A DNA stretch of 64,000 nt, from contig DASZER010000067.1 of the NCBI GenBank assembly GCA_035940575.1, positions 7,729 through 71,728 of the forward strand, in the 5' to 3' direction. Below the pieces are notes generated by a model. It was not told the origin of the DNA. It saw nothing but the letters and a program-made list of their open reading frames with translations, and did no database searches. A program made the position numbers and the translations under genes. Shown here piece after piece: positions 42,849-52,020 of the stretch. This stretch comes from Frankiaceae bacterium (GTDB taxonomy: Bacteria; Actinomycetota; Actinomycetes; BP-191). How positions within the stretch are numbered: position 1 is the first letter of the stretch; the number at the start of each line of letters is the position of its first letter.

Positions 42849-43505
42849 GTGCTGTTCTCGCGCACGAAGACGACGATGGTGACGCCGGAGGAGGCGCTGC
42901 CGGGCCGCGCCGAGCGGCCGTTCGCCGTGCCCGCGACCCACGCCGTCCTCGGCAACCCGATCGAGGGGCCGTACCCCGAGGGGCTCGAGGTCGCGGTGTT
43001 CGGCCTCGGCTGCTTCTGGGGCGCCGAGCGGCGCTTCTGGCAGACCGACGGCGTCTGGTCCACCGCGGCCGGCTACGCGGGCGGCCACACGCCGAACCCG
43101 ACGTACGACGAGGTCTGCTCCGGCCGCACCGGCCACACCGAGGTCGTGCAGGTCGTGTTCGACCCGGCCGTGGTGTCGTACCGCGAGCTGCTCCGCGTCT
43201 TCTGGGAGTCGCACGACCCGACCCAGGGCATGCGCCAGGGCAACGACGTCGGCACGCAGTACCGCTCGGCGATCTACGTCACGTCCGACGAGCAGCGCGA
43301 GGCCGCCGAGGAGACGCGGGAGGCGTTCGAGGCGAGGCTGCGCGCCGCCGGCTACGGAGCCGTCACGACCGACATCGAGAAGGCCGGGCCGTTCTGGTTC
43401 GCCGAGGACTACCACCAGCAGTACCTCTACAAGGTGCCCAACGGCTACTGCGGCGTGGGCGGCACCGGGGTCTCCTGCCCCGTCGGCGTCGCCACGACCG
43501 AGTAG
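42849..43505 (+). CDS. msrA: peptide-methionine (S)-S-oxide reductase
   Basis: GTG 42849 lies 6 nt after GGAGGTG, in the frame of ORF 42804..43505. The catalytic GLGCFWGAE is present, along with [12 protein letters not shown] and YHQQYL. Confidence 0.93.
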   Translation: MLFSRTKTTMVTPEEALPGRAERPFAVPATHAVLGNPIEGPYPEGLEVAVFGLGCFWGAERRFWQTDGVWSTAAGYAGGHTPNPTYDEVCSGRTGHTEVVQVVFDPAVVSYRELLRVFWESHDPTQGMRQGNDVGTQYRSAIYVTSDEQREAAEETREAFEARLRAAGYGAVTTDIEKAGPFWFAEDYHQQYLYKVPNGYCGVGGTGVSCPVGVATTE

Positions 43506-43527
43506 CCGCGCGTCGTAGCGGCGCCCC

Positions 43528-44523
43528 TCAGCCCTGCGTGACGGCCTCGGCCAGCAGGTCGAGGAGCGCGTCGGGCGCGTCGCTGCCGAGGCGGGTGCCG
43601 TTGGTGACGTACCGGCACCCGTCGTGGCTGACGGCGACGGTGGTGACGCTGCCGTCGGCGCGCTCGGCCAGGACGTTGTAGAGCGTCTCCGAGGTGTTCG
43701 AGCAGTCGCGGGCGCCGTGGCTGAGCCCGACGGCGTTGAGCCCGTCGACGATCCGCGTCGCCGTCGAGTCGGTCACCGTCGCCGTCGCGGCCAGGAGGTA
43801 GCCCTGGTACCGGCAGACGTGGACCGCGACCGTGCCGTCCGGGACCATCGTGTCCACCGGGCCGGGGACGTACGGCGCCGAGGCGGGCCACGAAGGCTCC
43901 GCGAGCGCAGGCCGGGCGCGGCAGCCGTGCGCCGTCGGGGCCAGCGCCTCGTCGAGCAGCGGCGCCACCGAGACCTTCGGGTAGATCGTGCGCCACGTGC
44001 CGTTGTCGATGCCGGCGCACCCGTCGGGGTTCACGGTCACGACCTCGACGTGGTCGTCGTAGCGGAGGGCGACGCCGTAGTCGCCGATCAGGTCGAGCAT
44101 GCAGCCGTGGAGGCCGCTGACCTGGTCCTCCCTGCGCACCGCGCGCAGCGCCGTCACGATCCGCCGCGCGAGCGGGTCGCCGCCGCGCAGCGTCACGGGC
44201 CCGCGTGCGGCCGTCCTGAACGTGCGCTCGCAGACGAGCACCTCGATCGCGCCGTCCGAGACCATGGCGTCGGCCGGGCCGACGCCGGCGGGGGGCCGTT
44301 CGCCGGGGCAGGCGAGCGGGGTCGCGGGGACGACGGGCCGCGGCTCCTGTCTGACGATCGCGAACGCCGCGGCCGCCGCCGCCACCGCCAGCGCGGCACC
44401 GCCCGCCGTCGCGAGCCGCCCGCGCCGCGCGTTACGCGCCGCGCGCTCGCGCAGCGCCGCCGTGTCCAGCGGCCGCACCGGCGCCGAGTCCACCCGGCGC
44501 AGCGCATTCAGTACGTCGTCCAT
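43528..44523 (-). CDS. anti-sigma-like single-pass membrane protein with an internally duplicated 3-Cys extracytoplasmic domain
   Basis: Last 331 aa of ORF 43528..44967, from ATG 44523 (1-nt TGATG overlap with the sigma stop). The TM segment is AGGAALAVAAAAAAFAIV. Confidence 0.75.
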   Translation of the reverse strand: MDDVLNALRRVDSAPVRPLDTAALRERAARNARRGRLATAGGAALAVAAAAAAFAIVRQEPRPVVPATPLACPGERPPAGVGPADAMVSDGAIEVLVCERTFRTAARGPVTLRGGDPLARRIVTALRAVRREDQVSGLHGCMLDLIGDYGVALRYDDHVEVVTVNPDGCAGIDNGTWRTIYPKVSVAPLLDEALAPTAHGCRARPALAEPSWPASAPYVPGPVDTMVPDGTVAVHVCRYQGYLLAATATVTDSTATRIVDGLNAVGLSHGARDCSNTSETLYNVLAERADGSVTTVAVSHDGCRYVTNGTRLGSDAPDALLDLLAEAVTQG

Positions 44524-45008
44524 CACGCCTCCGTCCGTTCCACGCCGTACTCGTCGCGCAGCCGCGCGAGCCCGCGCGACGCCTGCGACTTCACGGTGCC
44601 CTCGGCGCAGCCCATCGCCGCCGCCGCGTCCGCCTCCGACAGGTCCAGGTAGTGCCGCAGGACGACCGCGAGCCGCTGGCCGGGCGGCAGCCGCCGCAGC
44701 GCCCGCACCAGCGCGTCGCGCTCCGCGACGCCGTCGTCCCCGCTCGGCACGACGCCGTCGCCGGTCAACGGCGCCTCCTCGCGCCAGCGACGCCGCGCGC
44801 GGAGGAACTCGTTGACGACGATGCGCCGCACGTAGCGGTCGGGGTCGTCGGCCGTGCAGACGCGGCGCCAGTGGCGCCACGCCTTGGTCAGCGCCACCTG
44901 CGCGACGTCCTCGGCGCGCTGCCAGTCCGCCGTCAGCAGCCACGCGGCGCGCACGAGCCCCGGCCACCGCGTGGCCGCGAACTCGTCGAATCCCTCTGCA
45001 CCGTCCAT
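44523..45008 (-). CDS. ECF (SigE-subfamily-like) RNA polymerase sigma factor
   Basis: ORF 44523..45023. Region 2 is AEDVAQVALTKAW...YVRRIVVNEF. Region 4 is LPPGQRLAVVLRHYLDLSEADAAAAMGCAEGTVKSQASRG. ATG 45008 is preferred; GTG 45023 is possible. Confidence 0.88.
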   Translation of the reverse strand: MDGAEGFDEFAATRWPGLVRAAWLLTADWQRAEDVAQVALTKAWRHWRRVCTADDPDRYVRRIVVNEFLRARRRWREEAPLTGDGVVPSGDDGVAERDALVRALRRLPPGQRLAVVLRHYLDLSEADAAAAMGCAEGTVKSQASRGLARLRDEYGVERTEA

Positions 45009-45051
45009 CACCCGTACCGACACCCGTCAGGCCGGCGGAGGTTGCTTCGCG

Positions 45052-45621
45052 CTACGAGACCGAGCGCGCGATCCGCACGAGCTCCTCGACCGGCACCCCG
45101 CTCGTGCCCTGGGTGACGGTACGCAGCCGCAGCGACGACAGGAGGAACGTCACGCCGTCCGCCGCCCACGACACGCGGTACGTGCCGTAGCCGTCCCTGG
45201 GCGTCACGACCCGCCCGACCGCGTCGCCGATCGTCACGGGCGCCTCGTCGTACGACACGCGGTCGACCGGGCCGAGCATCGTCGGCACGCGCCTCGTCTG
45301 GTACAGGTCGACGTACGTCGCGGGGTGCGCCTCGGACGTGCCGTCGTAGGACGAGATGTCGGTGGGCATCCGGTCCTGGTTCGCCTCGCCGGCGAGGGCG
45401 TAGCGCTGGACGAGGACGCCGTCGCGCTCCCGCTCCGCGACGAGCGTCGCCCCGGCGGGGAGGTACGCGGGACGCGCGTGGCCGGCGTCGTGGCGGTCGG
45501 GCGCGGCCGCAGGAGCCTGCGCCACCGCGGGCGCGGGCGCGACGTCCCGCGCTCCCGCCGCGCCGCCGGCCACCATGCTCACGGCCGCGACGGCGTACCC
45601 GATCCTGGCCCGCGTCGTCAT
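45052..45621 (-). CDS. hypothetical exported protein upstream of the ECF sigma gene
   Basis: Last 189 aa of ORF 45052..45879, from ATG 45621, with GGAGGG upstream. The N-terminal hydrophobic segment is IGYAVAAVSMVAGGAAGA. Confidence 0.7.
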   Translation of the reverse strand: MTTRARIGYAVAAVSMVAGGAAGARDVAPAPAVAQAPAAAPDRHDAGHARPAYLPAGATLVAERERDGVLVQRYALAGEANQDRMPTDISSYDGTSEAHPATYVDLYQTRRVPTMLGPVDRVSYDEAPVTIGDAVGRVVTPRDGYGTYRVSWAADGVTFLLSSLRLRTVTQGTSGVPVEELVRIARSVS

Positions 45622-45707
45622 CGCGCCCTCCGTTTCGGCGGCAGGGGACCCGCCGTCGGAGCATGATGCCGCCGGGAGGGCGTCCGCGCGAGGGAGGTGC
45701 CGGGGGG

Positions 45708-46801
45708 ATGCGTACGCGCGAGCGGCGGGCGCGACGGGCCGCCGCCGTCCTCGCCCTGCTCTGCGCGTGCACCTCCGAGCCCGCGCCCGCCCCGCCGGTC
45801 GCGCGGCCCTCGTCGGCCTCGCCCACCGCGACCCCACCCCGAGCCCGACCCCGAGCCCGACCCCGAGCCCGACCCCCACCCCGACGTTCGCGCCGGTGCT
45901 GCCCGGCGCGCCCGCGGAGTTCTACGGCGTCCTCGGCGCCCGGGTCGCGGCGTTCGACTCGGCGACCGGGCGCCGCCTGCGCTGGCTCACGTCACCGCGC
46001 CGCGGCCTGGCCGACGACCGCCCCGCCGTCGTCACCGGAGGTGCGGGCACGTACGTCGCGTTCGTCCGGGCCGGCACGGGCCAGGGCTGCGGCGGCACCG
46101 TCCTGCGCGTCCCCGCCGCGGGCGGCAGGGAGGAGACCCTGCTCGACCTGGGCGACGCCTACGTCACCGGCTTCGGGATCGACCGCGCCGGCACGACGCT
46201 CGCGTACTCCTTCACCCGCTGCCGCGGCGACGACTCCCACACCTACCTGCGCGTCGTCGACGTCGCGACGAGGCGGACCGTCGTCGACGCGTGGAGCTCG
46301 TTCGAGGGGAACGGCTTCATCGGCGTCTGCTGCTTCGCCGTCCACCGGCGCCGTGTCGTGCTGCACGCCGGCATCCACGACACGAGCTGGCTGGCCGTCC
46401 TCGACGTGCGCCCGAGCCGGCGCCGCGTCGACATCGACGCGCTGCCGCAGGTGCCGTTCGAGGACGGCTGCCGCCCGAGCGCGCCGCTGTGGTCGCGCGG
46501 CGCGATCGTCACCGTCGCCTGGTGCTCGCTGGCCGGCGGCGACGAGCAACGGCTCCTGCGCTTCGCGCCGCCGTTCCGCAGGCCGGAGCGCGGGCGGCTC
46601 GCGGCGCGGCTGCCGGTGTCGTACGACCTCACCGGCTCCGACGGCGAGGGGCGGCTCGTCGGGACGCGGACCTCGGACGCGTTCGACGACGACCCGACGA
46701 CGTACGTCGTGCAGCTCGACGGCACCCGCGAACGCCTCCTCGGCGCCTGCCCCTCACGCGACTCGAAAGCCGACGCGTGCGTGCGCCTGCCGGTCTGGTA
46801 G
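45708..46801 (+). pseudogene. putative lipoprotein/secreted protein split by a 1-nt deletion in a C-run (~45832-45835)
   Basis: A signal/lipobox-like N-terminus (MRTRERRARRAAAVLALLCACTSEP...) is in the frame of ORF 45663... The PTPSPT linker and the body (FAPVLPGAPAEFYGVLG...) are in the frame of ORF 45575..46801. Confidence 0.6.
45839..45874 (+). repeat. three perfect tandem copies of the 12-nt unit CCGAGCCCGACC (encodes a PSPT linker)
   Basis: Read directly from the sequence. It lies immediately downstream of the inferred frameshift. Confidence 0.9.
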
Positions 46802-46802
46802 G

Positions 46803-47159
46803 TCAGCGCGAACGCCACGCGCGCCGGTCGTTCTCGGCCCTGGCGGCGTAGCCCGCGCCGCGCGGCTCGGCCTCGCGCAGCTCCCCCGGCGACACGGTGC
46901 CGTCGTCGCGGGTGACGACCGGCCGCTTCACGAACAGCACCGCGACCCACGTCATCGCCATCGCGACCGGGCCGCTCACCAGCACGACCAGCGCCGCCTC
47001 CGGTCGCGGCGCGGGTCCGCGGCTGGTGACGAGGTTGACCAGGTAGAGGACCGCGCAGTACCAGAGGACGCCGTTGGTGAGGACCCATCCCCGCCAGCCG
47101 TGGGCCTCGGAGAGCCTCGGGCGCGGCCGGTCGCGCCAGCGCGGGCGGGCCGGCGGCAT
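46803..47159 (-). CDS. small two-TM membrane protein
   Basis: Last 118 aa of ORF 46803..47696, from ATG 47159 (1-nt overlap with the upstream stop). Hydrophobic segments are GVLWYCAVLYLVNLV and VVLVSGPVAMAMTWVAVLFV. Confidence 0.65.
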   Translation of the reverse strand: MPPARPRWRDRPRPRLSEAHGWRGWVLTNGVLWYCAVLYLVNLVTSRGPAPRPEAALVVLVSGPVAMAMTWVAVLFVKRPVVTRDDGTVSPGELREAEPRGAGYAARAENDRRAWRSR

Positions 47160-47845
47160 CAGCGGTACGTCACGGCCGCCTCGGGACCCATGATGATCCG
47201 GGGCCGCTTCGACGGGTTGAGCCAGCGCAGGAGCGGGACGACCTGCGACGCGGGCAGCGACACGCAGCCGGCCGTCGCCGAGCCCGTCGTGACGTGGAGG
47301 AAGATGGCCGACCCGCGCCCGGCCCAGCGGTGCGGGTTGTAGCCAACGATCGCCGCGTGCGCGTACGGCACCGGCTGGTACAGCGACTCCGCCGAGCGCC
47401 ACCGGCCGTCGGCGGGCAGCCGCTGGTGGGTGTTGTAGTACGCGCTGCCGGAGTCGTCGACCCACACGTCGTCGCGGCCCACGACGGTGTAGCGGAACCG
47501 CGTGTACGACAGTGCCCGCGTGCCGAAAAGCCCCGTCATCAGGTACGTCCCCACGGGCGTCTGCCCGTCGCCCTCGTACTTCGGCTGCCCGAAGCCGTTG
47601 CGCCCGACCCGCGCCGTCCACGGCCCGTACACCGACCGCCACGTCCCGTCCCCGCGCCGCTCCCAGGCCTGCAACGTCGCGTACGTCGAGGACCACGAAC
47701 GGTTGGTGACCGTGATGACCTGGTGCGCGTCCTCGATGCCGCGGACGCGGTGGATCATCGGCAACGCCGCCTCGGCCGGCGCGGCGACGAGCAGCAGCGG
47801 CAGCGCCACCGACAGCGCCGCGAGCAGCCGCGCCACGCGCCTCAC
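47159..47845 (-). CDS. L,D-transpeptidase (YkuD-domain) family protein, secreted
   Basis: Last 228 aa of ORF 47159..48754, from GTG 47845 (GTGA overlap). It has a signal peptide and the catalytic context GSAIFLHVTTGSATAGCVSL. Confidence 0.8.
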   Translation of the reverse strand: MRRVARLLAALSVALPLLLVAAPAEAALPMIHRVRGIEDAHQVITVTNRSWSSTYATLQAWERRGDGTWRSVYGPWTARVGRNGFGQPKYEGDGQTPVGTYLMTGLFGTRALSYTRFRYTVVGRDDVWVDDSGSAYYNTHQRLPADGRWRSAESLYQPVPYAHAAIVGYNPHRWAGRGSAIFLHVTTGSATAGCVSLPASQVVPLLRWLNPSKRPRIIMGPEAAVTYR

Positions 47846-48714
47846 GAGGTCACCATCGCCATGAGCTGCGCGGCGTTGCGCTGGGCGTAGTCGCGGTGGC
47901 AGTTGTTCATCAGCACGTGCGTCTCCTGTGCCTGCCCGGCGAGCTCCTCGAGGCGAGGCGCCCACTGCCGTAGCTCCTGCTCGGAGTAGAGGTAGGCGAA
48001 CCTCCGCTGCACCGACCCCGACTCCCACTCCGCGTCGTTGTGCCCGTGGAAGCGGACGACCGCGAGGTCCGACGTCGTCGCCGCGACGACCGGCGGGATC
48101 GACGAACGGAACCCCTGCGGCATGTCGACGCAGACGTACGGGATGCCGTAGGAGGAGAGGAAGTCGAGCGTCTCCTTCTGGTTCTCCGGCGTCATCCACG
48201 ACGCGCTGCGGAACTCCACGCAGATCGGCACGGGCTCGCAGCGTGCCTTGCAGTCGAGGACGTACTGCTTGTTCTTCTTCCCGATCGGGAACCACTGCGG
48301 GAACTGGAACAGCAGCGCGCCGAGCTTGCCCGCGTCGGCGAGCGGGTTGAGCGCGGAGAGGAACCGCTCCCACACCTGGTCGACGACGTCGTCGTCGAAG
48401 TCCTTGAGGTAGACGTTCTTCTTGGTGTCCGGGCGCAGGTCCTTGTAGAGGGCGCCTGGCTTGGTCGGGTGCTGGGTCAGCAGCGAGAACGCCTTGACGT
48501 TGAACGTGAACTCCTCCGGCGTCCGCTCGGCCCACAGCCTCGCGGTCTCCTCGGCCGGCGGCGCGTAGTACGTCGCGTCGACCTCGACCAGCGGGAAGCG
48601 CGATGCGTAGAAGCGCAGGCGCTCGTCGGGTGTGTTCGCCTCGGGCGGGTACCAGCCCGACGCGAGCAGCGACTTGTCGGTCCACGACGCGGTGCCGACG
48701 AGGATGCGGCCCAT
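47842..48714 (-). CDS. DUF72-family protein
   Basis: ORF 47842..48714. ILVGTASWTDKSL...FYASRFPLVEVDATYY is the DUF72 N-terminal signature. Confidence 0.85.
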   Translation of the reverse strand: MGRILVGTASWTDKSLLASGWYPPEANTPDERLRFYASRFPLVEVDATYYAPPAEETARLWAERTPEEFTFNVKAFSLLTQHPTKPGALYKDLRPDTKKNVYLKDFDDDVVDQVWERFLSALNPLADAGKLGALLFQFPQWFPIGKKNKQYVLDCKARCEPVPICVEFRSASWMTPENQKETLDFLSSYGIPYVCVDMPQGFRSSIPPVVAATTSDLAVVRFHGHNDAEWESGSVQRRFAYLYSEQELRQWAPRLEELAGQAQETHVLMNNCHRDYAQRNAAQLMAMVTS

Positions 48715-48813
48715 ACGTCGATCTTGCCCCAGCGAGAGCAGGAGAACGCGTCACCAGGCGCGAAAGCCGTCGTTGAGCCTGCTACCAAGCCCCAGCCAAG
48801 CCGGAGGAACCCC

Positions 48814-49260
48814 ATGCGCGTCCGTACCGCGGCGCCGCTCGCCGTCGCCATCGTCCTCGCGGGCGCGGCCGTCGACGCGAACGCCGCTCCCCGCAAGCCG
48901 AAGCCGATCACGAAGACGTACGAGGTCACCGCGGTCCCGCACCCGAACCCGCCGGAGGGCCCCTCGTGCTCCTCCGCGCCCGAGGGCGTGAGCGAGCACC
49001 GCGAGACCATCAAGGTCACCGGCCCCGGCAAGCTCGTGGTCGAGGTCTCCGGCTTCACCGGCGACTGGGACGCCGGCCTCTACGGCCCCAACGAGGTCAA
49101 CCTCACGCAGGGCAGCGGCGCCGACACCCCCAACACGGACGCGGCTCCCAAGGAGACGCTGACGTACAAGTCCAAGAAGGCGCAGACGCTGTTCCTGGAC
49201 GTCTGCAACTTCATCGGCTCGCCGACCGCGACCGTCAAGTACACCTACACGTACTCCTGA
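48814..49260 (+). CDS. small secreted protein (beta-sandwich/PPC-like), hypothetical
   Basis: ATG 48814 follows GGAGG, in the frame of ORF 48040..49260. The signal peptide is MRVRTAAPLAVAIVLAGAAVDANA. Confidence 0.75.
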   Translation: MRVRTAAPLAVAIVLAGAAVDANAAPRKPKPITKTYEVTAVPHPNPPEGPSCSSAPEGVSEHRETIKVTGPGKLVVEVSGFTGDWDAGLYGPNEVNLTQGSGADTPNTDAAPKETLTYKSKKAQTLFLDVCNFIGSPTATVKYTYTYS

Positions 49261-50084
49261 GCACCTCCCCGCTGGTCTCGGCGGCGGACCTCGCCGCCGA
49301 GATCGCGTCGGCCGCACCGCCCGTCCTGCTGGACGTGCGGTGGCGGCTGACCGGGCCACCGGCCGCCGAGTCGTACGCGGCCGGGCACCTTCCCGGCGCC
49401 GTCTTCGTCGACCTCGACGCGGACCTCGCCTCGCCACCCGGCGAGGGAGGCCGCCACCCGCTGCCGTCCGCGGCGGCGTTCGAGGCCACGATGCGGCGCC
49501 TCGGCGTGTCCGGGTCCTCGCGCGTCGTCGCCTACGACGACCGCGACGCCACGACCGCCGCGCGCGCGTGGTGGCTGCTGCGCTACTTCGGCCACGACGA
49601 CGTGCGAGTCCTCGACGGCGGCTACGCCGCCTGGGTCACGGCCGGCCTGCCCGTCTCGACCGACCCCGCGACGCCCGTCCCCGGCGACCTCGTCGCGCGG
49701 CCGGGCGGGATGCCGTTGCTCGACGCCTCGGGTGCCGCGGACGTCGCGGCGGGCGGCGTGCTGCTCGACGCGCGCGCGCCCGAGCGCTACCGCGGCGAGG
49801 CCGAGCCGATCGACCCGGTCGCGGGCCACGTCCCCGGCGCGCTCAACGCCCCCACCTCCGGCAACGTCTCCGAGGCCGGCACGCTGCTGCCGCCCGAGGC
49901 GCTGCGCGAGCGGTTCGCCGCGCTCGGCGCCGACGGCTCGAAGCCCGTCGCGGCGTACTGCGGCTCCGGCGTCACGGCCTGCCAGGTCGTCCTCGCGCTC
50001 GACGTCGCGGGCGTCGAGGCGGCGCTGTACGCGGGCTCGTGGAGCGACTGGGTCCGCCGCGACCTGCCGGTCGAGACGGGCTAG
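49257..50084 (+). CDS. two-domain rhodanese (thiosulfate/3-mercaptopyruvate sulfurtransferase); start codon unresolved
   Basis: Terminal part of ORF 48966..50084. The active-site loop is AYCGSGVTAC, and LLDVRW and HLPGAVF are present. No ATG/GTG/TTG lies between the upstream gene and the conserved N-terminus. CTG 49257 or GTG 49335 are the options. Confidence 0.8.
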   Translation: MSTSPLVSAADLAAEIASAAPPVLLDVRWRLTGPPAAESYAAGHLPGAVFVDLDADLASPPGEGGRHPLPSAAAFEATMRRLGVSGSSRVVAYDDRDATTAARAWWLLRYFGHDDVRVLDGGYAAWVTAGLPVSTDPATPVPGDLVARPGGMPLLDASGAADVAAGGVLLDARAPERYRGEAEPIDPVAGHVPGALNAPTSGNVSEAGTLLPPEALRERFAALGADGSKPVAAYCGSGVTACQVVLALDVAGVEAALYAGSWSDWVRRDLPVETG

Positions 50085-51499
50085 AGGCTCAGGAAGCCGC
50101 GCTCCACCAGGTGCGCCAGCGCGCGCTCCGCGCCCTCGCGCAGCACCGTGGCGTCGATCTCGTACGCCGCCGCCAGCACGTCGGCGAGGTCGCGCACCGT
50201 CCGCGTCCCGTCGCACGCGCCGACGAGCGCGACGCCGACCGGGTCGAGCTCGGCGCGCCAGCGCAGGCCGTGGGCCTGCTGGAGCGCCTGCGTCGCGACC
50301 TCCCAGCCCTCCTCCGCGGCGTACGCCGACTGCTCCAGCGTCACGCCCGCAGCCACGCGCGGCGTCGCGTCGAGCAGGTCCGTGCGGCGCAGCGCGCCGA
50401 CCCGGCGCAGCCAGGCGGCGAGGTGCGGGCCGATCGGCTGGACGACCTGCTGCGGCGCGTCCTCGACCGCCACGCGCGCCTCGGAGGCGCCGGTGCGGCG
50501 CAGCGTCACGATGCCGAAGCCGACCGCCTCGACCCGCTCGCGCTCGAACCACTCCAGCCACGCCTCCGCCGTCTCGCGGCGCTCGTCGCCGGCGTCGCGC
50601 TGCCAGAGGGCGACGTACTCCGCCGGGTCCTGCGCCTCGCGTTGCAGCACGAGCGCGTCCACGCCCTCGGGCACCCACGACGCGACCCGCTCTCGCCAGT
50701 CCTCGCCGTCGCGATGCAGCCAGTTCGCGAGGAGCTGCGCGACGCCGTTAACCGTCAGGACCGACGGCGCCTCGCGGACGAGCCGCTCGCTGATCGCGTC
50801 GCCCGCCGCGCCGCTGTCGCGGTACGCCCAGTCGTCGCGCTCGGGGCCCACGACGAACGGCGGGTTGGCGACGACGAGGTCGAACCGCCGCCCCTCGACC
50901 GGCGCGAGGAGGTCGCCTTCGAGCAGCTCCCACGAGACGCCGTTCAGCAACGCCGTCATCCGCGCGACGGCGAGCGCGCGCGGGTTGCGGTCGGTGGCGA
51001 CGACGGCATCGGCGTGCGTCGACAGGTGGAGCGCCTGGATGCCGCAGCCGGTGCCGACGTCGAGCGCGGTCCGTACGCCGTCGCGGATCGTCGCCTGCGC
51101 GAGCGTCAGCGACGCGCCGCCGACGCCGAGCACGTGGTCGGGGCGCAGCGGGGGAGGGCGCACGTCCGTGCCGAGGTCGGAGACGACCCACCAGGAGTCG
51201 ACGTCGGAGGTGCCGTACGGCCGCACGTCGAGCGCCGCGCGCACGCCGTCGCCGTCGCGTTCGAGGAACGACTCCGGCACGCCCGCCGCGTCCGGCTCGG
51301 TCGTGCCGAGCAGGAACAGCCGGACGAGCGTCTCGAGCGGCGAGCCGCCGCGCGTGGCGCGCAGCGCGGGGACATGGTCGCCGCGCCCCAGGGCGGCGTG
51401 CGCGCGCGGGCCGAGCAGGTCGAGCACGGCGTCGGCGGTGTAGCCGTGCGACGACACGACGTCGCGCAGCCTGCGTACGTCGTCGTCGGAGGGGAGCAC
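50081..51499 (-). CDS. class I SAM-dependent methyltransferase with an NPPF motif (HemK/N6-N5 MTase-like) and an extended C-terminal domain
   Basis: ORF 50081..51595. Motifs ALDVGTGCGIQALHL and VVANPPFVVGP. Start placed at GTG 51499 (GTG 51550 is possible). The 51500-51595 extension is antisense to a duplicated + strand coding repeat. Confidence 0.8.
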   Translation of the reverse strand: MLPSDDDVRRLRDVVSSHGYTADAVLDLLGPRAHAALGRGDHVPALRATRGGSPLETLVRLFLLGTTEPDAAGVPESFLERDGDGVRAALDVRPYGTSDVDSWWVVSDLGTDVRPPPLRPDHVLGVGGASLTLAQATIRDGVRTALDVGTGCGIQALHLSTHADAVVATDRNPRALAVARMTALLNGVSWELLEGDLLAPVEGRRFDLVVANPPFVVGPERDDWAYRDSGAAGDAISERLVREAPSVLTVNGVAQLLANWLHRDGEDWRERVASWVPEGVDALVLQREAQDPAEYVALWQRDAGDERRETAEAWLEWFERERVEAVGFGIVTLRRTGASEARVAVEDAPQQVVQPIGPHLAAWLRRVGALRRTDLLDATPRVAAGVTLEQSAYAAEEGWEVATQALQQAHGLRWRAELDPVGVALVGACDGTRTVRDLADVLAAAYEIDATVLREGAERALAHLVERGFLSL

Positions 51500-51517
51500 G
51501 TACGGGATCCTGCCCGA

Positions 51518-51775
51518 ATGGGACCGGTTCCCGAGCGGAACGACGTCCACGGCACGCTGCGCCACGCCGGCGGCGTCGCGGGCGTCGCGGCGCACCTCGG
51601 CGCGCGGGGCTGGAGCGTCCGCGACGCGTCGCGGACCGGCCGCGAGGCGCGGACCGGGTGGTGCGAGGTGGTCCTCGCGCCGGACGGCGACGCCGTGCTG
51701 CTCTCCGGCGCCGGAGACCCGCGACGCCTCGACGACCTCGCCGCGCTGCTCGCGGAGGCGGACGCGGCGCCGTGA
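51518..51775 (+). CDS. 85-aa protein, a free-standing copy of the N-terminal domain of the next gene
   Basis: ATG 51518 in the frame of ORF 49340..51775: ...GTLRHAGGVAGVAAHLGARGWSV...WCEVVLAPDGDAVLLSG...LDDLAALLAEA. This is paralogous to the 51772.. N-terminus. The stop overlaps the next start (GTGA). Confidence 0.55.
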   Translation: MGPVPERNDVHGTLRHAGGVAGVAAHLGARGWSVRDASRTGREARTGWCEVVLAPDGDAVLLSGAGDPRRLDDLAALLAEADAAP

Positions 51776-52020
51776 CGCGCGCGGAGGTGCGCGGCACGCT
51801 GCGCCACGTCGGCGGCGTCGCGGGCGTCGCGTGGCACTTCGGCAGGCCCGGGTGGAGCGTCGCGGAGACCTCGCGCGGCGACCGCGAGGTGGGCAACGAC
51901 TGGTGCGACGTCCTCCTCACGGCCGACGGCGACGACGTGCTGCTCCTCGGCGAGGTCGAGCCCGACCGCTTCGACGACCTCGTCGCCGCCCTCGCGCGGA
52001 CCGGCGCCGACGTGACGCTC
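51551..52020 (+). repeat. tandem, diverged ~230-nt coding duplication (copy A ~51551-51772, copy B ~51793-52020)
   Basis: The first 39 nt of the two copies differ at one position (GGCACGCTGCGCCACG[C/T]CGGCGGCGTCGCGGGCGTCGCG). Protein-level similarity continues through the domain. Confidence 0.8.

Noticed and set aside
45839-45874. 12-nt perfect tandem repeats, considered as a possible CRISPR or minisatellite element
   Set aside because: There are only three contiguous units with no spacers, lying inside a coding Pro/Thr/Ser linker. This is a coding microsatellite, not a CRISPR array.
51500-51595. N-terminal 32-aa extension of the methyltransferase ORF (MRRDARDAAGVAQRAVDV...)
   Set aside because: The same peptide pattern appears in the antisense translation of the second copy of the + strand duplicated domain (ORF 51106..52482: ..RDARDAADVAQRA..). 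It is therefore a by-product of + strand coding sequence.
51551-51831. A near-identical 39-nt direct repeat 242 nt apart, considered as possible mobile-element ends or att sites
   Set aside because: The repeats are the 5' ends of two in-frame paralogous coding domains. No transposase or integrase is nearby. This is a tandem gene-segment duplication.
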